This document shows, piece by piece, positions 1-7,432 of a DNA stretch of 64,000 nt. The stretch is from Calditrichaceae bacterium (GTDB lineage Bacteria; Calditrichota; Calditrichia; Calditrichales; JBFXGD01): the NCBI GenBank assembly GCA_050173015.1, contig JBFXLE010000007.1:64001-128000 (forward strand), in the 5' to 3' direction. The notes below the pieces were generated by a model. It saw nothing but the letters and a program-made list of their open reading frames with translations, was not told where the DNA came from and did not search any database. Position 1 is the stretch's first letter. Each line of letters opens with the position of its first letter. A program made the position numbers and the translations under genes.

Positions 1-1
1 C

Positions 2-298
2 ACTTACCTTGATCAAAGTTTTGCCAAACATGAACCCTCAACCATCACCGAAATTCGCGAAGCCACCATCTATGCCGGAAAACGCCGTGTGCGTCCCGCG
101 CTGATGACCATGGCTACGACCATACTTGCCCTGATTCCGGTGCTCACTTCCACCGGCCGGGGCTCGGATATCATGGTACCCATGGCGATTCCATCCTTTG
201 GCGGGATGAGTTTCGCGGTTATAACCATGCTGGTTGTGCCGGTTCTTTATTCATGGATAAAAGAAAGCAGATTAAAAACACAAAATAAATCGTTGTAG
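2..298 (+). CDS. CusA/CzcA-family heavy-metal RND efflux permease, C-terminal part (runs off window start)
   Basis: Frame is open from base 2; contains the RND C-terminal motifs GKRRVRPALMTMATTILALIP and GSDIMVPMAIPSFGG. Confidence 0.85.
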   Translation, partial: TYLDQSFAKHEPSTITEIREATIYAGKRRVRPALMTMATTILALIPVLTSTGRGSDIMVPMAIPSFGGMSFAVITMLVVPVLYSWIKESRLKTQNKSL

Positions 299-319
299 AG
301 AATCACTAAGGGGGAAATT

Positions 320-1855
320 ATGAAATATTTTTTAATAGCGTTTATAATGCTTCTTACGGTTTTTATCAACAAAACAGAAGCGCAGAACCGGTGGCATTTC
401 AATCCGGACTCGCTACAGGATATCACTGTATCGGGAAAGGCAATCGTGGATTCCTTTTCCATGCATGGAATGTACTTTCTTGATCAGGATGAGGACGGCG
501 CTGCCGACTACCGTTTGATTTTCGGACCGGTCTGGTATCAGCCTGACAGCAGCGAGGCTATGAGACCGATAAATGATGAACTGATTTCTATCGACGGCGG
601 ATTGCATGAATCAATGATCGATACGATCCCATCCATCGTGGTTTACAATATAAACGGCCACTTCTGGAGAGAGCCCTATGAGGCGGTCTGGAATCAGTTT
701 GGCGGGCATCATGCAGGCGACGGAAGGGGTCATCACGGTGATTCGCACGGGTACGCGTTCGGATGGACGCAGGATTCCGTACGGACAATCAGCGCCGATG
801 GCGTTGTTATCATCGATTCCACATTTTTTCATAACCACTTTTACCTTGATGAGAATACGGACGGTCTGCCGGATTATCTTCTTAATTTTGGACCTCCCTG
901 GTACACGCCGGAATCCGGCGCGGTTCGACCGGAGAATGGTGAATCGGTATCCGTGACCGGCGGCGCGCTTGATCAACACGGAATTCCCATGCTGGTTGTT
1001 TATGAAATTAACGGGCAGATTTGGCGGGATTCCACCAACATCGGACATCATTTCGGGGGTGGTTGGATTGACAGGAATATGAGTGAAGGGCGCTATATTT
1101 ACACGCCATTCGATTCCCTGGATGGGATGTATATCAATCCCGGCTGGCACGGAGGCATGATGAATCACGATCACGGAGGTATGATGGCCGATAGTTTCTT
1201 CTGCCGGATTCTGGAAGTGTACCCCGGAAATATACCCGGTCATGACAGTCTCCATGTATTCGCCGGATACGAAATAGGCTTGTTTAATCCCGCCGGTGAG
1301 AATTCAATGTGGGAAAACGGTCATGGAGGCCGTCACATGAATTTCGCGTCCAACGTCGATTTTTCCATGCACTATACCGAAAGCCAGCTTCATGATTATC
1401 AGATTAACGAGGACATGATTGAAGCCAGGTACTGGGATGATCAGTCGGGCACATGGGTAAAAGCGCCAAATCAGATTCATGACAAGGCCATGAACACGCT
1501 GTCTTTCTCGACCGATGAAGTCAGTAATTACATCATTTTAACCGGATCCATGCTGACTACCTCCATTGACAATCCATCGGCGGGGATCATCAAAGATTTT
1601 GTATTAAGACAAAATTATCCCAATCCGTTTAATCCCGAAACAACCATTGAATTTGAATTAAAATCGGCTTCGGGCGTCGAATTGTCTGTTTATAATATAT
1701 TGGGTCAAAAGATCGCCACTTTGCTTGATAAAAATATGAACGCGGGATTACACAAACTGCAATTCGACGGAAAAAATTTACCATCGGGGCTCTATTTTTA
1801 CCGTTTAAAAGCGGGAACACAGGAATTTATTCGGAAAATGCAATTGATCAAATAA
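320..1855 (+). CDS. Secreted His/Met-rich protein with an internal duplication and a T9SS type A (Por secretion) C-terminal domain
   Basis: Signal peptide; two ~85 aa repeats (YFLDxDxDGxxDYxLxFGPxWY...VVYxINGxxWR); C-terminal LRQNYPNPFNPETTI...LPSGLYFYRL...KMQLIK. Confidence 0.85.
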   Translation: MKYFLIAFIMLLTVFINKTEAQNRWHFNPDSLQDITVSGKAIVDSFSMHGMYFLDQDEDGAADYRLIFGPVWYQPDSSEAMRPINDELISIDGGLHESMIDTIPSIVVYNINGHFWREPYEAVWNQFGGHHAGDGRGHHGDSHGYAFGWTQDSVRTISADGVVIIDSTFFHNHFYLDENTDGLPDYLLNFGPPWYTPESGAVRPENGESVSVTGGALDQHGIPMLVVYEINGQIWRDSTNIGHHFGGGWIDRNMSEGRYIYTPFDSLDGMYINPGWHGGMMNHDHGGMMADSFFCRILEVYPGNIPGHDSLHVFAGYEIGLFNPAGENSMWENGHGGRHMNFASNVDFSMHYTESQLHDYQINEDMIEARYWDDQSGTWVKAPNQIHDKAMNTLSFSTDEVSNYIILTGSMLTTSIDNPSAGIIKDFVLRQNYPNPFNPETTIEFELKSASGVELSVYNILGQKIATLLDKNMNAGLHKLQFDGKNLPSGLYFYRLKAGTQEFIRKMQLIK

Positions 1856-1858
1856 TTT

Positions 1859-2001
1859 GGCGGGGTTAAAACCCGGCGGATGCCAAATGATATAACATTA
1901 AATTCCGGTTTTTGGGGAAATGTAAATTCCGATTGACAATTTGGGCTGAAGCCCACCTTCATTAGGTTTCTCTTTAACCCCCGATCTAAAGATCGGGGCT
2001 A
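1859..2001. repeat. Cluster of REP-like palindromes between convergent genes (may also act as a terminator)
   Basis: GGGTTAAAACCC; TGGGCTGAAGCCCA (1942-1955); CCCCGATCT-AA-AGATCGGGG (1979-1998) abutting the hsdS stop. Confidence 0.6.
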
Positions 2002-3399
2002 TGACACACCATTAAACGCTTCCCGTAAAACCGCCTGCATCAGTTGCCCTACCTGCGCTTTGCGGGATTTGACCTGTTTTTCCAGCACGTCGATTTTTGC
2101 CATTAGCCGGTCCACTTTTTCGACAATGGCTTGTTGTTCGGCAAGTGGTGGTAAAGCAAATACAGCATTCCTTAAAACAGATTGATTCAAATTATTCATG
2201 GTCTGCCCGATAGAATTGCATAACAATTCTTTCTGAAAATAATCTGAGATAAAACCTTGAATGAAAAAACCTTTATTTATGAAATTTGAAACTTTGATAA
2301 AAAATGAACCTGTTCCACATAGCCATCCTTTTTCATTTTCAGAAACAACGGCACATTTACTTAAATCACCACGTCTTGCTAAAACGACATCATTCATATC
2401 TAAAATATATCGAGACAAGCGGTTTTTAGTGGTCTGACTGACCATCATTTTTTTATTCGCAACTATTTGATTAGCAACAATATTCATTGGATTTACTAAT
2501 GGTATTCCATCCTGCACATAGTCTGACTTATGCAACATCGTTCCAAAAGGTCCGGTTGAAAATTTATTAATTAATCCCGTCAACCGACACCAAACCCACC
2601 CTTCCGGCAGGGTAAACGGTTTTTCTGCTTCGCTGATGGGCGGCAGTTCTTTTATTTTCTTCGTGCCCTTTGTGTCCTTTGCGAGCCTGTCTTTTTCGGC
2701 TTTGATTTTTTCCAGCAACGCTTTAGCGGAATAATTGGGATCGTTCTCACAAAGTTCACGAAGTTCACTAAGATTTTTACCGGTTTCCGCGGCCAGTTTG
2801 TTCCATTGCTGTTCACGCCATGTTGCGGTCAGTTTGCCTTCCACCGCTTCCTGTAAAATGGCCTGGCGAAGTTGTTTGAGATTGTCAGACTGTTGAGAAA
2901 TATGAAAATCAATGTCACCAATTTCATTTTCTGTTCTTTTGAAAAATTCAACGATTGATTTTTGTGTATCAATATCTGGTAAATCAATCTTTAATGGTAA
3001 TAGATGTTTTGGTTTAATTTCTGTTTTTATACCACCTTTAACCTGGTCTTTTAAAAGTTGAATGAACTTAGGACTTTTTAAAAATCGTTTAAAATATTCA
3101 ACATTAATTTTTTTATCATCAAACTGATAGGAAGAATAATGAATAGTTGCAGTAATATCGACATCACCACCGTAGACAGCCAAAGCGCCTTTTGCCACAT
3201 TTATTCCGGAAATCACAAGGTCGCCTTTTTTTGCAATAATCATATCCGTCTTTGATGATTTATCAGAAAAATGCATTCCACCAGAGAAATCGATTTTATC
3301 CAGTCTTTTTAGTTTAGATACGATCGGATCACTGGGTTTGTATTTACCGACTCGTTCTTTTAAGAATTCGCTTACTTCTGTTACTTGCCAATCAGCCAT
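1999..3399 (-). CDS. hsdS: Type I restriction-modification specificity subunit
   Basis: Two TRDs with conserved regions (LRQAILQEAVEGKLT, LLEKIKAEK, EKPFTLPEGWVWCRL, LPPLAEQQAIV, LMQAVLREAF). Confidence 0.95.
   Translation of the reverse strand: MADWQVTEVSEFLKERVGKYKPSDPIVSKLKRLDKIDFSGGMHFSDKSSKTDMIIAKKGDLVISGINVAKGALAVYGGDVDITATIHYSSYQFDDKKINVEYFKRFLKSPKFIQLLKDQVKGGIKTEIKPKHLLPLKIDLPDIDTQKSIVEFFKRTENEIGDIDFHISQQSDNLKQLRQAILQEAVEGKLTATWREQQWNKLAAETGKNLSELRELCENDPNYSAKALLEKIKAEKDRLAKDTKGTKKIKELPPISEAEKPFTLPEGWVWCRLTGLINKFSTGPFGTMLHKSDYVQDGIPLVNPMNIVANQIVANKKMMVSQTTKNRLSRYILDMNDVVLARRGDLSKCAVVSENEKGWLCGTGSFFIKVSNFINKGFFIQGFISDYFQKELLCNSIGQTMNNLNQSVLRNAVFALPPLAEQQAIVEKVDRLMAKIDVLEKQVKSRKAQVGQLMQAVLREAFNGVS
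2659..2772. repeat. Inverted pair of 9-bp-periodic arms embedded in frame in hsdS
   Basis: CTTCGTG-CC-CTTTGTG-TC-CTTTGCG-AG (2659-2685) and CT-CACAAAG-TT-CACGAAG-TT-CACTAAG (2746-2772); same unit as the hairpins flanking the GxxExxY genes. Confidence 0.8.
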
Positions 3400-3442
3400 T
3401 ATTCAACTCACTCTTCAACTGTTCCAGTAATTCATCACTTTT
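3392..3442 (-). pseudogene. Diverged duplicate of the hsdM 3' end
   Basis: Translates KSDELLEQLKSELNNG* versus the HsdM end KSDALLSQLKSELNHG* (4486-4536), 13/16 identical. Confidence 0.8.
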
Positions 3443-4493
3443 TCTTACCCCCAGAATTATCCTTACCAGGCTTTTTTCGGGGTAATTTCTTTTTCGCCGC
3501 TTCCAGTTTTTTCACCGTTTTATCAAAATCGCCATCTCTTTTATCCTTAGCAACGATACGTTGAATATTGAATTTTTCATACTCATCTTCGGCAAGGGCG
3601 GCGGCCAATTCCTGAGATATTTTTCCGGCATGGGTTAAAATATCGCGCTCATTCAATTGCAGAAAAGAATCCAGTTTTTTTCGCCAGTCGCGCATAAAAA
3701 CCTGTTTATGCCGTTTGGCCTGATCTTCGGCAAAATCCAGATACATGGTTACCACGCGGTTCAGGGCTTGCAGTTCTTCTTCATTCAAATAATTCTTGGC
3801 AATCCTTACATCGCCTTTGCGTACCTTTTCACCTTTCCATGAAGTTAACCCCATATTGGGTTTGGAAGCATCCGCGCGGTCATGTACAATTTCAGCGGCG
3901 GTTTGTCCGGAAATAGCAAAGTGCAGTTTATTTTGCACTGCCTTAAAAAACTCGGGAGTCTCTTCCGCTATGGGATCATAGTCAACCGCTAATTTGTAAA
4001 TTTCCTTTATTTTTTGATAAAAGCGCTGCTCGCTGGATCGAATATCCCTGATCCGTTCCAACAGTTCATCAAAATAATCCGAACCGATATTATGGACATT
4101 CTTCAAGCGTTCATCATCCATGGTAAATCCCTTGACCATGTACTCGTTCAAACGCGCGGTAGCCCAGCGCCGGAATTGTGTACCACGGTGCGAACGGACG
4201 CGGTAACCAATGGCGATGATCGCTTCCAGATTATAAAATTGTGTACTATAATTCTTACCATCAGCGGCAGTTGTCAAGAAATCCTTGACAACTGAATTTT
4301 CATCGAGTTCGCCTTCTTTAAAGATATTATTTATATGAAGGCTGATATTTTGCTTGGTGGTCTGAAACAATTCCGCCATTAACTTCTGTGTCAGCCAAAC
4401 CGTTTCATCCTGCAGACGCACTTCTATTTTAGTTTTACCGGATTCGGTTTGATAGATGATAATCTGCGAATCGGGTTTGTTGGTTTTAGCCAT
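3435..4493 (-). CDS. RhuM-family (virulence RhuM) DNA-binding protein
   Basis: ETVWLTQKLMAELFQ, YNLEAIIAIGYRVRSHRGTQFRRWA, EYMVKGFTMDDERLK, VQNKLHFA, IAKNYL. Confidence 0.9.
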   Translation of the reverse strand: MAKTNKPDSQIIIYQTESGKTKIEVRLQDETVWLTQKLMAELFQTTKQNISLHINNIFKEGELDENSVVKDFLTTAADGKNYSTQFYNLEAIIAIGYRVRSHRGTQFRRWATARLNEYMVKGFTMDDERLKNVHNIGSDYFDELLERIRDIRSSEQRFYQKIKEIYKLAVDYDPIAEETPEFFKAVQNKLHFAISGQTAAEIVHDRADASKPNMGLTSWKGEKVRKGDVRIAKNYLNEEELQALNRVVTMYLDFAEDQAKRHKQVFMRDWRKKLDSFLQLNERDILTHAGKISQELAAALAEDEYEKFNIQRIVAKDKRDGDFDKTVKKLEAAKKKLPRKKPGKDNSGGKKK

Positions 4494-5934
4494 GGTTCAA
4501 CTCGCTCTTTAACTGACTTAGTAACGCGTCGCTTTTTCTGAATGAATCGTGCAGCATATCCAATAATTCAGCGCTTGTGTGAGTGTGTTCTTCTTCGGCA
4601 ATATGCGGATTTTTAATATCCAGATTAAAACCATTCTTTTCTAATTCTTCAATAGAAACTTTCCAGGCCTGTTCGTTGGCTTCACGCTTTGTCCACCACC
4701 GGCGCAGATTTTCAAATTCAATTTTCTGGATCGTTTTGGTTTTAGAATAAGCCTTCATTCCTTGCGGCAGTTTATGTTCCCAATACCAGATTTCTTTGGT
4801 TGCCTGCCCGCCTGTGGTGGGGCCTTTTTCAAAAAACAACAGATTGGTTGCCACGCTGGCATAGGGTTGGAACACAGAATTAGGTAAACGCACAATGGTA
4901 TGCAGATTACATGTTTCCAGAAAATGCTGACGGATGCGCTGCTTGACGCCATCGCCGGTTAAAGATCCATCCGGCAAAACAATCGCCGCCCGACCGTTTT
5001 CTTTTAAATAGCGAATCATCAAAACCAGAAAAAGGTCGGCGCTTTCCGTGGTGCGGTAATTCTGCGGAAAATTAGTTTCCACACCATCGCTTACCGATGC
5101 CCCGAAAGGCGGATTGGCGAGAATCACATCCACACGGTCTTTATGTCCGATACCGGTGTATTCGCGATTCAGGCTGTCGATATAATCCACATTGGGCACT
5201 TCAATATCATGAAGGATCAGGTTGGTCACACACAGCATAAATGGCAGCGGCTTTAATTCCATACCGTGAATGGTGGCTTCCAGATTTTTTAAATCTTCCA
5301 CGCCTTTTACATCCTGTTTGCGGATATTCTCTATGGCACAGGTTAAAAATCCGCCGGTGCCACAGGCCGGATCCAGCACTTTTTCGCCTAAACGGGGATT
5401 GATCATTTCGGTCATAAATTCGGTTAACGCGCGGGGGGTGTAAAATTCACCGTAATTACCGGCGCTTTGCAAATCGCGTAAAATAGTTTCATAGATATCA
5501 CCAAAAACGTGGCGGTCTTCGGAACTGTTAAAATCGATTTCATTCAGTTTATTGACCACCTGGCGGATGATGGTGCCGTTCTTCATATAATTGTTGGTGC
5601 CGGAAAAGATTTCACGGACAATCAATGTTCGCTTGTTGCCATTGGAAATATCAAGATTTTTCAAGGCCGGAAACAGCGTATTGTCGATAAATTCCTGCAA
5701 CTCGATCCCGGTCATCCCTTCATCATCCGCCGCCCAGTTGCGCCATTGAATAGTTGAAGGGATTGGCGATTTATAATTTTCATTGAGCAGTTCCAGTTCC
5801 TGATCTTTATCATCCAGTATCTTGAGAGAGATCATCCAGCCTAATTGCTCGATACGCTGCGCGTCACCCGAAACGCCCGGATCTTTGCGCATGATGTTTT
5901 GAAGTGTTTTTATGATATTGCCGATATTTTTCAT
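4486..5934 (-). CDS. hsdM: Type I R-M N6-adenine DNA methyltransferase subunit
   Basis: GEFYTPR, motif I DPACGTGGF, motif IV NPPF. Confidence 0.95.
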   Translation of the reverse strand: MKNIGNIIKTLQNIMRKDPGVSGDAQRIEQLGWMISLKILDDKDQELELLNENYKSPIPSTIQWRNWAADDEGMTGIELQEFIDNTLFPALKNLDISNGNKRTLIVREIFSGTNNYMKNGTIIRQVVNKLNEIDFNSSEDRHVFGDIYETILRDLQSAGNYGEFYTPRALTEFMTEMINPRLGEKVLDPACGTGGFLTCAIENIRKQDVKGVEDLKNLEATIHGMELKPLPFMLCVTNLILHDIEVPNVDYIDSLNREYTGIGHKDRVDVILANPPFGASVSDGVETNFPQNYRTTESADLFLVLMIRYLKENGRAAIVLPDGSLTGDGVKQRIRQHFLETCNLHTIVRLPNSVFQPYASVATNLLFFEKGPTTGGQATKEIWYWEHKLPQGMKAYSKTKTIQKIEFENLRRWWTKREANEQAWKVSIEELEKNGFNLDIKNPHIAEEEHTHTSAELLDMLHDSFRKSDALLSQLKSELNHG

Positions 5935-5947
5935 GTGGTTCCCTTTA

Positions 5948-6028
5948 TACTCACTAAGTTCACGAAGGACACAAAGAAAAAATTAACTTTAAAATACTCT
6001 TTGTGATCATTGTGTGCTTCGTGAGAGT
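5948..6028. repeat. 9-bp-periodic hairpin H1
   Basis: CACTAAG-TT-CACGAAG-GA-CACAAAG, AT-rich loop, CTTTGTG-AT-CATTGTG-TG-CTTCGTG-AGAGT. Confidence 0.85.
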
Positions 6029-6409
6029 CTACAATTTTCCGTTAATGATTCGTTTTAGCCCGTTTTTTAATAACACTTCGTTAAAATTTATTACCAATCC
6101 GAGTTTTAAACCGGATAATTTCAGATAAGTTAGTGTTTGTTTGAAATGAATGTCTTCCAGTTTTTTTACCGATTTGAGTTCTAATAGAACCTCATTTCCA
6201 ACAATTATATCCGCTCTAAAACCTTTATCAAACTGCAGATTTTCATAGACGACTGGAATGTCTTTCTCTACGTCAACCGATAATCCTGCCTTATTTATCT
6301 CATAAGCTAAAACATCACGGTAAACCGATTCCAGTAAACCAGGACCCAGTTTTGTATGAACTTTTAAAGCGCATTCAATAATAATTTTAGATATTTCATT
6401 TTCATTCAT
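6029..6409 (-). CDS. GxxExxY family protein (PD-(D/E)XK nuclease fold), copy 1
   Basis: VHTKLGPGLLESVY, RADIIV...LELKS, QTLTYLK, GLVINF. Confidence 0.92.
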   Translation of the reverse strand: MNENEISKIIIECALKVHTKLGPGLLESVYRDVLAYEINKAGLSVDVEKDIPVVYENLQFDKGFRADIIVGNEVLLELKSVKKLEDIHFKQTLTYLKLSGLKLGLVINFNEVLLKNGLKRIINGKL

Positions 6410-6417
6410 TTATTCTA

Positions 6418-6497
6418 TCTCACGATGTTCACGAAGGACACAAAGAAAAAATTAACTTTAAAATACTCTTTGTGATCATTGTGTGCTTCGTGAGAGT
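6418..6497. repeat. 9-bp-periodic hairpin H2
   Basis: CACGATG-TT-CACGAAG-GA-CACAAAG ... CTTTGTG-AT-CATTGTG-TG-CTTCGTG; 469 bp from H1. Confidence 0.85.
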
Positions 6498-6878
6498 CTA
6501 CAATTTTCCGTTAATGATTCGTTTTAGCCCGTTTTTTAATAACACTTCGTTAAAATTTATTACCAATCCGAGTTTTAAACCGGATAATTTCAGATAAGTT
6601 AGTGTTTGTTTGAAATGAATGTCTTCCAGTTTTTTTACCGATTTGAGTTCTAATAGAACCTCATTTCCAACAATTATATCCGCTCTAAAACCTTTATCAA
6701 ACTGCAGATTTTCATAGACCACAGGAATGTCTTTCTCTACGTCAACCGATAATCCTGCCTTATTTATCTCATAAGCTAAAACATCACGGTAAACCGATTC
6801 CAGTAAACCAGGACCCAGTTTTGTATGAACTTTTAAAGCACATTCAATAATAATTTTAGATATTTCATTTTCATTCAT
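6498..6878 (-). CDS. GxxExxY family protein, copy 2
   Basis: Protein identical to copy 1. Confidence 0.92.
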   Translation of the reverse strand: MNENEISKIIIECALKVHTKLGPGLLESVYRDVLAYEINKAGLSVDVEKDIPVVYENLQFDKGFRADIIVGNEVLLELKSVKKLEDIHFKQTLTYLKLSGLKLGLVINFNEVLLKNGLKRIINGKL

Positions 6879-6886
6879 TTTTTCTA

Positions 6887-6966
6887 TCTCACGATGTTCA
6901 CGAAGGACACAAAGAAAAAATTAACTTTAAAATACTCTCTGTGATCATTGTGTGCTTCGTGAGAGT
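6887..6966. repeat. 9-bp-periodic hairpin H3
   Basis: As H2 but CTCTGTG (6937-6943) replaces CTTTGTG. Confidence 0.85.
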
Positions 6967-7347
6967 CTACAATTTTCCGTTAATGATTCGTTTTAGCCCG
7001 TTTTTTAATAACACTTCGTTAAAATTTATTACCAATCCGAGTTTTAAACCGGATAATTTCAGATAAGTTAGTGTTTGTTTGAAATGAATGTCTTCCAGTT
7101 TTTTTACCGATTTGAGTTCTAATAGAACCTCATTTCCAACAATTATATCCGCTCTAAAACCTTTATCAAACTGCAGATTTTCATAGACCACAGGAATGTC
7201 TTTCTCTACGTCAACCGATAATCCTGCCTTATTTATCTCATAAGCTAAAACATCACGGTAAACCGATTCCAGTAAACCAGGACCCAGTTTTGTATGAACT
7301 TTTAAAGCACATTCAATAATAATTTTAGATATTTCATTTTCATTCAT
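6967..7347 (-). CDS. GxxExxY family protein, copy 3 (start corrected to ATG at 7347)
   Basis: 126 aa identical to copies 1 and 2; the ORF-track N-terminal extension only reads through hairpin H4. Confidence 0.92.
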   Translation of the reverse strand: MNENEISKIIIECALKVHTKLGPGLLESVYRDVLAYEINKAGLSVDVEKDIPVVYENLQFDKGFRADIIVGNEVLLELKSVKKLEDIHFKQTLTYLKLSGLKLGLVINFNEVLLKNGLKRIINGKL

Positions 7348-7351
7348 TACG

Positions 7352-7431
7352 ACTCTCGCAAAGTTCACAAAGGCCACGAAGAAAAAAGATTTAACTAAAA
7401 AACTTTGTGTTCTTTGTGCGCTTAGTGAGTA
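7352..7431. repeat. 9-bp-periodic hairpin H4 (diverged)
   Basis: CGCAAAG-TT-CACAAAG-GC-CACGAAG ... CTTTGTG-TT-CTTTGTG-CG-CTTAGTG-AGTA; its outer 11 bp are a perfect inverted repeat of TACTCACTAAG at 5948-5958. Confidence 0.85.
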
Positions 7432-7432
7432 A

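Noticed and set aside
5948-7431. CRISPR-like reading of the regularly spaced hairpins
   Set aside because: The intervening segments are near-identical 381-bp genes, not unique spacers, and there are no cas genes.
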